DNA of 63,573 nucleotides, counting the filler, from Chiloscyllium plagiosum (lineage: Eukaryota): assembly GCF_004010195.1 (NCBI RefSeq). It is 5 parts of one record of this genome, joined end to end, with 100 filler letters (N's around TTAATTAATTAA, not from the genome) between each part and the next. Parts side by side here need not be neighbours in the genome. Positions count along the whole stretch, not along the records: positions 1 to 9,258 come from NC_057716.1; positions 9,359 to 24,401 come from NC_057716.1; 3 more parts are not named here. One strand, 5' to 3'. A program made the position numbers and the translations under genes. The notes beneath the pieces were generated by a model, which was not told where the DNA came from, searched no databases, and worked only from the letters and a program-made list of their open reading frames with translations. This document shows, piece by piece, positions 1-12,370 of the stretch. The stretch's first letter is position 1, and each line of letters opens with the position of its first letter.

Positions 1-300
1 AAACAGTGGCACCACGTTAGCCAACCTCCAGTCTTCCGGCACCTCACCTGTGACTATCGATGATACAAATATTTCAGCAAGAGGCCCAGCAATCACTTCT
101 CTAGCTCCCCACAGAGTTCTCGGGTACACCTGATCAGGTCCAGGGGATTTATCCACCTTTAGCCGTTTCAAGACATCCAGCACTTCCTCCTCTGTAATCT
201 GGACATTTTGCAAGATGTCACCATCTATTTCCCTACAGTCTATATCTTCCATATCCTTTTCCACAGTAAATACTGATGCAAAATATTCATTTAGTATCTC
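1..300 (-). mobile_element. CR1/HER1-like LINE ORF2 fragment
   Basis: Minus strand encodes DKSPGPDQVYP ... LLAEIFVSSIVTGEVPEDWRLANVVPLF, a typical CR1 pre-RT region. Confidence 0.85.
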
Positions 301-529
301 TACAGCCACTTTCTTTAAGACCCTAGGTGCAGGCCAGATTGTTAATAACCTGTCTGCAGTGACTTCCCCTCACTCATTGATCAAACAACACTTGCAGCAA
401 GTAAACAGCACTTGCAATTTCAGCCACAATTGAAAATACAGAAAAACAAGGAGATATCATCTTCACAACACACATGCTATAACAATACAAATTTGACAAC
501 ATACCTTCAGATTTGTCTCATTACCCAAT

Positions 530-547
530 CTACTCTTTTTCTTTCAG
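530..547 (+). promoter_or_regulatory. 3' splice acceptor immediately upstream of the CXCR start codon (5' UTR exon lies outside the window)
   Basis: Polypyrimidine tract ctactctttttctttcAG followed by aaa ATG; an intron just before the CDS is typical of chemokine receptor genes. Confidence 0.7.
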
Positions 548-550
548 AAA

Positions 551-1690
551 ATGGACAGCCAGAAATTTGATTTGGCGGATTTTAACTTGAGTGATATACT
601 TGAAGATTATACAATTTCCTATGATTACGTTATTGATCCAGACATGTCACCCTGTACTTCTGTCGTGAATGAGTCAATCAACACAGCTCTGGCTGTTATC
701 TATAGCCTGGTGTGCTTCCTCGCTGTGACAGGGAATATTATTGTAATGACTGTCCTACTTTATAATCGACGGACCATCTCATCCACAGACATCTACCTGC
801 TTCATCTGGCAGTGGCTGATTTGCTCTTTGCCATGACCTTGCCTTTTTGGATTGCAGATGCTGTATCTGGCTGGGTGTTTGGTGATGCCATGTGTAAAAT
901 TATCAGCATGTTACAGGAGGTTAACTTCTACAGTGGGATTCTGTTTCTGGTTTGTATTAGTATCAATCGTTATCTGTCCATTGTCTACGCTACACAGGCC
1001 CGCAAGCAAAAGAAACCTTATCTAATTAAGCTGATTGTTGCCGCTGTTTGGTTAGTGTCTATTGCTTTGTCTTTACCAGTTTTGTACAAGGGCGAATATA
1101 TTCATTCTGGCCGAGTCATGTGTTATGAGATACTCGAAGGTGAATCAGCTGAAACATGGAGAATAACCACAAGACTTTTGCAGCATTTTGTTGGGTTTCT
1201 GATCCCACTGGCTGCCATGATTTTCTGTTACAGTGTGATGATCCTGAAACTGTGTCAAACAAAGGGATTCCAGAAACAGAAAGCTATGAAGATCATTATT
1301 GCCGTGGTGCTGTCCTTTGTAATTTGTTGGCTGCCGTACAATATAACTGTGCTCGTTGATACACTGATGAGAAGCAAACTCATTACTGAAACCTGTGACC
1401 GGCGCAATCATATTGACAGAGCTCTGTCTGCAACTCAAAGTTTGGGTATCCTGCACAGTTGTATTAATCCAATCTTATACGCATTCATTGGAGTGAAATT
1501 CAGGAGGAACCTGTTGAAAGTCTTTGTTAAGAAAAGGATCATTAAGCAAACAATTATATCAAAGTACAGGAGATCTGTATCTTCAATCACTGAATCTGGA
1601 TTTATTTCAACTAGTATGCACATTGCTTCTGATGAAAATGTCAGGTCAGCCAGCAAGATAGCAGATAATAAACATGAAATAAAGTTTTAA
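551..1690 (+). CDS. CXC chemokine receptor, CXCR1/CXCR2-like (class A GPCR), single coding exon, 379 aa
   Basis: Seven hydrophobic segments with chemokine-receptor motifs: acidic Tyr-rich N-terminus ending SPC, GN in TM1, TDIYLLHLAVADLLFAMTLPFW, WVFGDAMCK, QEVNFYSGILFLVCISINRY, QKQKAMKIIIAVV, CWLPYN, TCDRRNHID, HSCINPILYAFIGVKFR. These are closest to the IL-8 receptor subfamily; CXCR1 versus CXCR2 cannot be resolved by eye. Confidence 0.95.
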   Translation: MDSQKFDLADFNLSDILEDYTISYDYVIDPDMSPCTSVVNESINTALAVIYSLVCFLAVTGNIIVMTVLLYNRRTISSTDIYLLHLAVADLLFAMTLPFWIADAVSGWVFGDAMCKIISMLQEVNFYSGILFLVCISINRYLSIVYATQARKQKKPYLIKLIVAAVWLVSIALSLPVLYKGEYIHSGRVMCYEILEGESAETWRITTRLLQHFVGFLIPLAAMIFCYSVMILKLCQTKGFQKQKAMKIIIAVVLSFVICWLPYNITVLVDTLMRSKLITETCDRRNHIDRALSATQSLGILHSCINPILYAFIGVKFRRNLLKVFVKKRIIKQTIISKYRRSVSSITESGFISTSMHIASDENVRSASKIADNKHEIKF

Positions 1691-2192
1691 AGAACTAAAA
1701 GATTGAGTAAGAATGGTTTAGAGATTTCAGTTCTGAATACAGTAATTATGGAGTTTTGAGATGTATTGATGAGTCAATGAGATGGGTCAATGATGGTGCG
1801 ATGAGATGTAATACGCAATTGTCTGAAAGCTTGATGTGAGGAGTATTCATTCGGATCCAATTAATTTCCTAAACTTGATAATGAGGGACATCCATATTAT
1901 TGGTTGGATAATGATCTGATTGCTAACTCTGAACAATGACTGCTTTGCTACCAAAGATACCCACATTCCTTAGTCACAGAATCATGATAAGGAACAATTG
2001 CTTCATTTGCATGGCATGTAATGGAATTAATATAACTATGGTCAGTCTAAACCAATCCTGTGAAATGAACATCTCCTTGAGCTGTTCTTTCTTTTGACAA
2101 TAACTTGACTCAGTTTTATCAAAGTGCACACAGACAGAACTAAGTCAAACAAAAGAAAAGGTTTCAAAAGCACAATGCCTGTACTAGAGAGT

Positions 2193-3420
2193 AGAACATT
2201 ACAGTTCAGTACAGGCCTTTGGCCCTCGACGTTATGCAGACCTATGAAATCAATCTGAAGCCTATCTAACCTACACTATTCCATTCTCATCTATATGTTT
2301 ATCCAATGACTATTTAAACGCCCTTAAAGTTGGTGAGTCTCCTCCTGTTGCAGGCAGTGCGTTCCATGCCTCTACTACTCTAAAGAAACTACCTCTGACA
2401 TCTGTCCTATATCTATCACTCCTCAATATCAAGCTATGTTGCCTCATGCTAGCCTCCACCATCTGAAGAAAAAGGCTCTCACTGTCCACCCTATCTAACC
2501 CTGTGATTATCTTATATGTTTCAATTAAGTCACCTCTGAACATTCTCTCTCATGAAAACAGCCTCAAGTCCCTCACTCTTTTCTCACAGACCTTCCCTCC
2601 ATACCAGGCAGCATCCGAGTAAATCTTCTCTGAACCCTTTCCAAAGCTTCCACATCCTTCCTATAATGCGGTGACCAGAACTGTATGCAATTATCTATTT
2701 TCCCTGGACTGTCGGAGGCTGAGAGGTGACCTTACAGAGATCTATAAAATCATGAGGGGTATGGATAGGATAAATAGACAAAGTCTCTTCCCTGGTGTGA
2801 GGGAGTCCAGAACTAGAGGGCATAGGTTTAGGGTGAGAGGGGAAAGATATAAAAGAGACCTTTTTCATGCAGAGGGTAGTAAGTGTATGGAATGAGCTGC
2901 CAGAGGAAGTGGTGGAGGCTGATATAATTGCAACATTTAAAAGGCATCTGGATGGGTATATGAATAGAAACGGTTTGGTGGGATATGGGCCCGGTGCTGG
3001 CAGGTGGGACTAGATTGGGTTGGGATAGCTGGTTGGCATGGACAGATTGGACTGAAGGGTCTGTTTTCGTGCTGTGCATCTGTATGAGTTTATGACTCTA
3101 AATGCAGCCGCACCAGAGTCTTGTACAGCTACAGCATGACCTCATGGTTTCAAAACTCAATCCCTCTACCAATAAAAGCTAACACACCGTATGCCTTCTT
3201 AACAACCCTATCAACCTGGGCGGCAAGTTTCAAGGATCAACCTGGACACCAAGATCCCTCTTCTCATTTACACTACCAAGAATCTTACCATTAGCCCAAT
3301 ACTCTGCATTCCTGTGACTCCTTCGAAAGTGATCATCTCACACTTTTCTACATTAAACTCCATTTGCCCACCTCAGCCCAGCTCTGCAGCTTATCTATGT
3401 TCCTCTGTAACCTACAACAT
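2193..3420. mobile_element. CR1 3' end (-) with a nested second CR1 3' end (+, about 2691-3100)
   Basis: RGDLIETYKII.GLDRVD and RRLRGDLTEIYKIMRGMDR motifs on opposite strands; the outer element resumes at about 3101. Confidence 0.85.
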
Positions 3421-3792
3421 CCAACATACTACTAACTCATTCCTCATCTGGTCTCAGCATTTCTTATCTGAATGAATAAAAAGGGCAGTAAGTACTACGA
3501 ACATAAGAAACAGTAGCAGGGATAAATCATTCATCCTCTCGTGTCTGCTTCACCATTCAACAAGATAATCACCTACTTGCGCCCTTAACTCTACTGCGTG
3601 TCTGTCCCATAATACTTGATTCACCTGTCAATCAACAATCAAAGTCCACTTTGAATATTTTCAATGACCCATCCTCCACCATTCATTGTGGTAGAGAATT
3701 CCAAAGGCTAACAACCTCCTCATGTCGAGGTTAAACCAGAGTCCCTTCATTTTAAAAATATTTGAATATCGCAGTGCACAAAAATTTCTTAC

Positions 3793-3878
3793 CTTGACTT
3801 CTTAGTGCTTTTCCAACAGTCGTGGAAGGCTCCAGTGTGTTGGTGGTCAGAAGTGGAGCTGTATTCCATCTCCCACAT
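3793..3878 (-). CDS. Candidate downstream exon of the RUFY4-like gene (post-RUN linker; phase-2 frame reads CGRWNTAPLLTTNTLEPSTTVGKALRSQ)
   Basis: Non-repetitive 86-nt segment bounded by acceptor ccttgtccctatAG and a consensus donor AAG|GTAAGA, open in the phase expected after the RUN domain. No recognisable protein motif, so tentative. Confidence 0.35.
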
Positions 3879-4649
3879 CTATAGGGACAAGGCCCAGACA
3901 AAAGGTGAACTTGAAATGATGTCATGCAAATGGGTCAATAATGAAAACATTAAAGCTACTTTCACTCAGGCTTGTGCATTGCAAAGGCCTTCACGGAAAG
4001 TTGACCCGGCAGAATTTTCTAAATCTTCCCTGAACTTTTAGAAGCATAGATGAGGGGATCTTCATTTGACTGGGGCTGGGAGGGAGGGGTGGAAAAAATA
4101 CAGATTCCTGTTGGCTGGTTAAAATTTGGCATTGAAGTTCTCAGAATCTTTCAGGTAGGTCAGTTTTTCTGACCTTGAACTTGTTTTGCATTAACATGCC
4201 AAGAATACTCAATAGTGTCTCAGCCTACTGGAATAACATTCAATTTAGAATTTCATTAACCTATGTCATGGTTATAACTGCTGCCTCACAATGTTGGGGA
4301 CATGGATTTGATTCCAGCCTTGGGTGATTCTGTGTGGAGTTTGCACATTCTGCCTGTGTCTGTGTGTGTTTCCATTGAATGCTCCTGTTTCCTCCCACAG
4401 TCCAAAGATGTGTAAGTTAGGTGGATTGGCCACGGTATGCCTCCCCACTTATTTCTCCAACCATTTCAAGTTCTTTGTTGAAGACATGGAGCAGTTGACT
4501 AATTAGTTGTTCAGTCTTTTAGTCACTGATTAAACATAATGGCTTATAGCAAGTGATGAGAGAGAACAGCTTTCTTTCATTTCTAGGTTATATAGAAACA
4601 CTTATATAGAAATCACTTTAAGCCTGTTTCACAATTCAATATGGGGTTG

Positions 4650-6230
4650 TGGCAAATGCTCTATCTCAATGTCATAATCATGCTTTTCCCTATACCTCTT
4701 GATGCCTTTAAAAATCTAAAAATGTATCTCTTTCTTGAATATATTCATTGACTTGGCTTCCACACCCTCTTGTGGTAGAGAATTCCATTATCTTTTGAGT
4801 GAAGAAATCTTTCCTCATCGCAATCCTAAATTGGTCTGCCCTGTATCCTGAGACTGTGTCCGCTGGTTCTCCTTCTCAGCCAGGGAAGCCATGTTGGACT
4901 GGGGTGGACAAAGATAAAAATCACACAACGCCAGGTTATAGCCCAACAGGTTTACTTTAACCTGGTGTTGTGTGATTTTTAACTTCAGCCAGGGAAAACA
5001 TCCTTCCTCTTTCTAGTCTGTCCAGCCCTGTTAGAATTTTATACATTTCAATCAGATCCCCTTTCATCCTTCTAAATGTTAGCAAACCAATCTCTGCTCA
5101 TAGAACAGTCTTGCCATCCCTGATTTTAACCTAATGAACCTCTGCTGAACTCCCTATGAAATCCAATCCACTTGCAATAAATGTCAGTATACCAGCTGTC
5201 TTTCTAACTGCTTGCTGAAACTGTTTACCTTCTTTAATTACTGGTGTACAAGGACACCCAGATCCATTTGTACATTTACACTCCAAATATATCACTATTT
5301 AAATTATACTTTTCCTTTCCATGCTTCACACTGAGGTATATAATTTCTTTTAGCCACATTCACTCAACTTGATTAAATCACCTTGAAGCTTCTTTGCATC
5401 TACCTCCTAACACACAATCTCACCCTGGTTTGTGCAAACTTAAATATGCAAACATCCCCCCATTCACATCATTTATGTTATATCATGAATAGCTGGGGTG
5501 AAGAACTGATCCTGTGGTACCACAATAGTACTGACTGCCACTGGAAAATTGTCCACTTATTCCCACTCTCGGATTTCTCGATTCATGTCAATATACTATT
5601 CCCTTTTCCATGTGCTTAAACTCAGCCCATCAATGTCTTATGAGAGATCTTATGAAAACCTGTTTAAAAATCCAATTGATTTACCATACCTGTTTCACTT
5701 AGAGCTGTTACGCAGGATCACCTTTCCTACATCCTGCCAGTTTTATCCAATCTCAGTCACACACATACACACGTGCACGAGCGCGCGCACACATGCGCGC
5801 ACACACACACACACTTTGGCCCAAATCTAAAATGAAAATAAGATTAATCTTTACACTGTAACCATTCTTGTAAATCTCTTTTATATTCCCATCCTTCCTA
5901 CACTGTGGCACCCAGAACTGCTCATTGTACTCCACTGGAGGTTGAACAAACGTCTTTCTCCCATATCTTATGTCCTTTCAATAAACTCCAGGATACGCGA
6001 ATTGCTTTCTCCATCTGCCACCTTCAATGATCTGTGCATAGATATGTCTCTGCTCCTGTACCCCCTTGAAAATTCTACCCCTTATTTTTTACTGTCCTGC
6101 CTTTGTTGTTCTTTATATCAAAATAAACTATCTCACTCCATTTCTCTTCATTTAACTTCATTGCTATCAACTTGTCTATGTCCTTTGCAGGTCTACGTTG
6201 TCTTCCTCACAGTTTGCAATGATTCCCTGG
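4650..6230 (-). mobile_element. Old CR1 fragments, with a PLE mini-hairpin (4888-4984) and a microsatellite inside
   Basis: Degenerate CR1 3' ORF2 motifs (for example EQFWVPQCRKD); TSD tcagccagggaa at 4876-4887 and 4985-4996. Confidence 0.65.
5756..5814. repeat. Alternating purine-pyrimidine (CA/CG) microsatellite
   Basis: cacacatacacacgtgcacgagcgcgcgcacacatgcgcgcacacacacacacac. Confidence 0.9.
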
Positions 6231-8204
6231 TACTTAAGTTCCATTGCGACTAAGACTAACATACCATTTGACTTCCCAACTGGATGCTAACTTTAAGTGG
6301 CTCTTGTTGTGCCACGGTAGTGTCTTTACCTCTAGGCAGAAGGGCTGAGTTCAAGTCCAACGTGCCAAGACATGTATCATAAAATGTCCAAATACCTGAT
6401 TAAAAATAATCTCAAGTGACTCATGAGCAAATGCAAATCTCTTTGGACATATGCATTTTCCAACTTCTCAGCATTTAAGCTAGGTCATTTCAGAATGAAA
6501 TTAAAAAAACAAGATTTTCTCAAAACAGATAGTGGGAGTGGGAGTTGGGGGAATCTCTTCCCTGAAAAGCTTGTGGATAAAGGATATAAAAGAAGGGCAG
6601 GGAATTAGGATTAAGATATAGATTATCCATCATTTAAGTTAATAGAAAATGCTCAAGGTGGCTGAATGGCTTATTCCTGCATTTGTTATTTTACCATTCT
6701 GGGACATTTAGATGATATAATTCATGTAAATAACTTATTACATCAATGTCAGATTATTTGCTTGTTCATTGTTTATTTAATAAATTCACTTCATGTCTAT
6801 ATTTTAAACATGGTCTAATGGAGCCTCTATTCACTTTTGAAGACTTTTCCAGGTAATACTCAGTTTTATCAGACCATAGGGCTGCTTTCTCATTAGACAG
6901 AGACACTGACAGTAGTTTAACCTGAAAGTCATCACATCAGGTAAGGAGGGTCATTCATGATAACATCAGTCAGCTGTAGGAATTGAACCCACACTGTTAA
7001 CGTTACTAACTGTCCAGCCAACTGAGCTAAATCAAGTCCCTTCGAAGAGTGTATGAAAATATTACACCAGTATAAAAGCATTTCTAAGCCACACTTCTCA
7101 ATTCATTTCTGGAAGACTGCTTGTGAAGTCCTTTCTTCAAATTCTAGACAAAGATAGAAGGGATTATTTTGAGTAAAGAGGGAAACAAGTGTGAATTGGT
7201 GCTGTGCAGTTTAAATGTCAATAGTTTTGAGGTTAATTAGCAATACCAATATTTTAAATATGTCTGAAAGCATCATATATAGCTTCCAAAGATGCTCTTT
7301 CATTGAAAATGTGGAATGTGTGGACCGACAGTCAACATCTCATTACTGATGGTTCAGGGACCATGGGAGGTAGCTCATATATTCTCTGAGATGACACTGG
7401 AGATCCTGTAGAGTAGGTATTGCAGAGGTTAGATGTTCAGTACCTGCTATTGTGATGAAGGCCACAGAGGCAATAAATATGTTTCCAGTGCTCCAAAAAT
7501 GTAGCCATTTGACCAGCCAAAATAAAAAACCATATAACAAACATGCTCTTCAATAAATGGACCACATCAAGAACCACAGTGTCAGACTGCATGCATTATT
7601 AAACTTTTTAACGATATTGTATAACAATACTATTACATCCTTAGCAGGTAATACCCACAGCTGAGCCTTATTTTACATCTCTTCAAACATGACATGCACA
7701 CAGATGGACCAAAATACAATACAATTATTACTTTGTCTCCTCCAGGAACAAGATAGCAGATAAGCAGCAGCAGCAGGATTTATTGGGACGGAGTAGCATG
7801 ACTCCACGAGACCATTCCTCTTTTAACCATGCCTCAGTTCCTAACATATTTGCCCCTGAGTCACAAGGCTTTGATTTTGAGCTAATTCAGAATCTTGTGT
7901 ACAAAAACATCTAACCAACAGATCAGTGTAAAACTGTGTACTGTCAGAAATACCTTCCTTGTGCAAGCGTTTAAATGCCTTCTCAGGGGAACACAAATAC
8001 ACTACAACACTGTTAAGAAGAAGCAGAGAAAATTTAACCCGTGCCAAGATTTATTCCTCAATCAGCATCATGAAACAGATTATTTGACCAGGATCACATA
8101 GTTGTGAGTAATTCTGTTGCTTATTTTTTATATTACAACAATAACAATGCTTCTAAAATATTTATTTGGCCAGAGATCATGGTCAGTATAGCTTCTGCAC
8201 ATTT

Positions 8205-8630
8205 TTTATATAGGTATTTTTATTGAAAGAAAAAAGGAAATTTTTTAACATTTTTTACAAAATTACAAAGTAATACAAAGTAATAAACACGAATATACAA
8301 TTAAATATATAAAAAAGAAATAAATAATAACCAAAACACAACAAAAAAGAGAAAAAAAAAACTCAGCTAACTACTAATCTAGCCTATAAACAACCAAAGC
8401 ATAAAATAAGATATCTTACATTACTAGTAAGGCATAATGTAATAATTAAATAATTAAGTACATACTCAAAATGAATTAACACCAAGTCATAATAAAACCT
8501 GTATTTATACGGGATTCATCCCCGCGGGGGCCCCCGGACCAGCCAGAACCACTACCACAGCCAGACAAAAGCCCTTGACAATATGGCCGAAATATCTGTG
8601 TCTATATAGTTCAGAAAGGGCTGCCATATT
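8205..8630 (-). mobile_element. 3' end of an L1/Tx1-type LINE with T-rich 3' UTR
   Basis: Minus strand reads IWQPFLNYIDTDISAILSRAFV, followed by a T-rich UTR ending tcaataaaaaatacctata; WxPF C-termini are typical of fish-type L1 ORF2. Confidence 0.55.
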
Positions 8631-9065
8631 TATAACTTTTCCTGATCTTTAATCAGCCAAACAAATATTCACTTAAAAGATCCATCCAGTCTCATCACAC
8701 ATACCTTCTTTGAGTGACCACATCCATTACATTATAACACTACTCTAGCTATATCACTACATGGAACCAGTTGCAAGATTCACCCTGACCACCTCTCCCC
8801 AAATCTGGAGAAATTGGAAGAGGTTCTGAAGGAGAGTTCATTCTGAGATCAAAACATTAACTGTGTTTCTCTTTATATAAATTCTGCCAGACCAGCTGAG
8901 TTTCTCCAGCATGTTCAGTTTTTATTTCAACTCCCCAGCATGTTATTTAATGTGTTGCTTTGTCATTGAGCAAAACTAAATCACAATCACTATTCTTAGC
9001 CCTTAGCATTGAAAAAAAATCTGAAATGCTTTTATCATTGTTTCAGCTGTTGTAATGTGTAGGCA

Positions 9066-9575
9066 TAACTGAGGACTGCAGATGCTGGAAATCAGAGTCT
9101 AGATTAGAGTGGTGCTGGAAAAGTACAGCAGGCCAGGCAGCATCCGAGGAGCAGGAAAATCAACATTTCGAGCAAAAGCGCTTCATCGGAAATGAAGGCA
9201 GGGAGCCTCCGGGATGGAGAGATAAATGGGAGGGGGGTGGGGCTGGGGAGAAGGCAGGNNNNNNNNNNNNNNNNNNNNNNNNNNNNNNNNNNNNNNNNNN
9301 NNTTAATTAATTAANNNNNNNNNNNNNNNNNNNNNNNNNNNNNNNNNNNNNNNNNNNNAAAAGAGAAAATGCTGGAAAATCTCAGCAGGTCTGGCAGCAT
9401 CTGTAAGGAGAGATAAGAGCTGACGTTTTGAGTCTAACTGACCTTTTGTCACAAAGGGTCAGTTAGATTCGAAACGTCAGCTCTTTTCTCTTCTTACAGA
9501 TGCTGCCAGAGCTGCTGAGATTTTCCAGCATTTTCTCTTTTGATTTCAGATTCCAGCATCTGCAGTAATTTATTT
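9066..9575. mobile_element. PLE pseudo-LTR copies either side of a gap, including an inverted pair at 9359-9541
   Basis: tgcagatgctgga...gtggtgctggaaaag repeat at 9066-9258; arms aaaagagaaaatgctggaaaatctcagcag / ctgctgagattttccagcattttctctttt. Confidence 0.8.
9259..9358. other. Assembly gap (44 N + TTAATTAATTAA + 44 N); identical gaps at 24402-24501, 48438-48537 and 61074-61173; plain sized gap at 46520-47168
   Basis: The same 100-nt construct occurs four times; the spacer has stop codons in all six frames. Confidence 0.97.
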
Positions 9576-9584
9576 TTATTAAAT

Positions 9585-10510
9585 GACATTGGTGGATGTG
9601 CAGGTAAAACTTTGATGGATGTGGAAGGCTCCTTTGGGGCCTTGGATGGAGGTGAGGAGGAGGTGTGGGCACAGGTTTTGCAATTCCTGCAGTGGCAGGG
9701 GAAGGTGCCAGGACAGGAGGGTGGGTTGTAGGGGGGGCGTGGACCTGACCAGGTAGTCACGGAGGGAACGGTCTTTACGGAAAGCGGGAAGAGGTGGGGA
9801 GGGAAATATATCCCTGGTGGTGGGTCCATTTGGGGGTGGCAGAAGTGTCGGCAGATGATACGGTTTATGCGAAGGTTGGTAGGGTGGAAGGTGAGTACCA
9901 GGGGGGGTTCTGTCCTAGTTGGGATTTGAGGGCGGATGTGTGGGATATGGATGAGATGCGTTGGAGGGTATCTTCAACCATGTGGGAAGGAAAATTATGG
10001 TCTTTAAAGAAGTCGGCCATCTGGTGTGTTCTGTGGTGGAACTGGTCCTCCTGGGAGCAGATCCGGTGGAGGCGGAGGAATTGGGAATACGGGATGGCAT
10101 TTTTGCAAGAGGTAGGGTGGGAAGAGGTGTAATCCAGGTAGTTGTGGGAGTCGGTGGATTTGTAAAAAATGTCAGTGTCAAGTCGGTCGACATTAATGGA
10201 GATGGAGAGGTCCAGGAAGGGGACGGAGGTGTCAGAGATGGTCCAGGTGAATTTGAGGTCAGGGTGGAATGTGTTAGTGAAGTCGATGAACTGCTTAACC
10301 TCTTTGCGGGAGCACGAGGTGGCGCCGATGTAGTCATCAATGTAGCGGAGGAAGTGGTGGGGAGTGGTGCCAGTGTAACTACGGATGCTGGACTGTTCTA
10401 CGTAGCCAGCAAAGAGACAGGCATAGCTGGGTCCCATGCAGGTGCTCATGGCTACCCCTTTCGTCTGGAGGAAGTGCGAGGATTCGAAGGAGTAATTGTT
10501 GAGGACGAGG
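9585..10510 (-). mobile_element. Penelope-like retroelement (PLE) fragment: RT core, thumb and Cys-linker
   Basis: ORF 9865-10653 contains FLQTKGVAM, RYIDD, VPFLDL, FYKSTDSHNYLDYTSSHP..CKNAIPYSQFLRL.RICS; followed by PGTFPCHCRNCKTC. Frameshifted. Confidence 0.92.
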
Positions 10511-11455
10511 ACCCCTTCCCCTGGCAGCATGTTCCAGGTAGCTAGCACCCTCTGCTTAACAAAACTTGCCTTGCATATCTCCTTTAAACTTTCTCTCACT
10601 TTAAAACCATGAGCCCAGGTATTTGACATTTCCACCCTGGAAAAAGACTCCAATATCCACCCTATCTATGCCTCTCATAATTGCCTCTCTGCCTCTGACA
10701 CTGTAGCAAAAGTAATCCAAGTTTGTTCAAGCCCTGATTATAGCTAATAGACTCCAATCTAGGCAAACTTGTTTTACACCCTCTCCAAAGCCTCCCCATC
10801 CTTCATAAATCGTGGCAAAACAAATTGCGTACAATACGTGCAGTGTGGCCAAACTAAAGTTTTTACAGCTGCAAGATGACTTTGCCAACATTTATACGCA
10901 ATGCCCCGACCAATAATGGCAAGCATGCCATACGCCTCCTAAACCACTTTATCCACTTGTGGGGTGCTCAGGACATGCACCACAAGGACACTATATATCA
11001 ATGCTCACAAGGGTCCTGCCATTTACTGTATGTTGCTGTACACTGTATAGAACATAGAACATAGAACATAGAAGAATACAGCGCAGTACAGGCCCTTCGG
11101 CCCTCGATGTTGCGCCGATCCAAGCCCACCTAACCTACACTAGCCCACTATCCTCCATATGCCTATCCAATGCCCGCTTAAATGCCCATAATGAGGGAGA
11201 GTCCACCACTGCTACAGGCAGGGCATTCCATGAACTCACGACTCGCTGAGTAAAGAACCTACCCCTAACATTTGTCCTATACCTACCTCCCCTTAATTTA
11301 AAGCTATGCCCCCTTGTATACTATAAACTGTATACATTTGACCTTCCAAAATGCATCACCTCACACTTGTCCAGTTTAAACACCATCTGCCATTTCTCTG
11401 CCCAACCTTTCAACTGATCTATATCCTGTTGTATCTTTTGACAACCTTCCTTGCA
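10511..11455 (-). mobile_element. CR1 3' region with nested younger CR1 3' end (about 11047-11316, (catagaa)n tail)
   Basis: WAEKWQMVFKLDKCEVMHFGRSN, tandem tail tagaacatagaacatagaacatagaa. Confidence 0.8.
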
Positions 11456-12370
11456 AATGTTCTGAAGAGTCAGTGGTCCTGAAACATTAACTCCACTTTC
11501 TCTCCACAAATGTTGCTGAATGTTCCCAGCAATTTCTGTTTTCATTTCTGAGTTACAGCATCCTTTTTTTGGGCGTATGTCAATGCTTGTTGAAAAGTGA
11601 ATGGCAAAGAGGATTTGTTGTCTATTGGCTGTTTATTGCACAGTGGTTTGGCTGTTTATTGTACAGCTATATCAGAATAATATGAAGTCCTCCTTGTTTA
11701 GTAAATTCCTGATCACCACACAGATGCATAAGCACTATGCTCATCTCTTCCTAAATGACCACTATGAATTATATGAAGAATTTACTTCTTTGTAGCCTTG
11801 GTATTACCAATTTATGATTGAAACCTAGAAGATTGTCCACTATGATTAAATAGTCCCTCTGTTCATGCTACTTTGGTAACAGCTATTCATTTGGAACCAT
11901 ATCTTGACCATGATTTTTTGCAAAATTGCCTATTAAGGGTACATTCCACATCTTCCTTCTGTGTCTTCCTCATTTGTTATGGTTTTTTTCTCATAAGATG
12001 GTAGAGTTTGTTACAACCAAATGTTTCCTCTTCAGTACTCCCACTGCCACAACCTGACTGCTTCTCCTTCTGTGTTAAAAAGCAGGCTACGACAGAGAGG
12101 CTCTCTGGTTATAACTCATCTTCCATACTGTTTTGCTTTTTTTTAAAGAGCATAAGAAATTGAAGCATGTGTTTGCTCTACATCACGTTAATCCTGCTTA
12201 GCCATTCAATAATGTCATGGGTGACCTTTTATCTCAACTCTACTTTCACACTCATCCCCACTGAGAGTCCAAGTATCTGTTGATCTCTGCCTTAGATATC
12301 CTTTTTTTGCTGAGCATCCACATCCCTCTGAGGAATGAACATAGACCATTGACTCAAACCCAACATCCTG

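Noticed and set aside
1145..1656. Antisense and alternate-frame ORFs over the receptor
   Set aside because: Shadow ORFs of the CXCR CDS with no recognisable motifs.
7730..7815. Minus-strand EWSRGVMLLRP... as possible RUFY4 exon 5
   Set aside because: No polypyrimidine acceptor, an early stop, and no DLD..WP motif.
9303..9314. TTAATTAATTAA palindrome repeated four times (9303, 24446, 48482, 61118)
   Set aside because: Always centred in a 100-nt N run and has stops in all six frames; it is an artificial scaffolding spacer.
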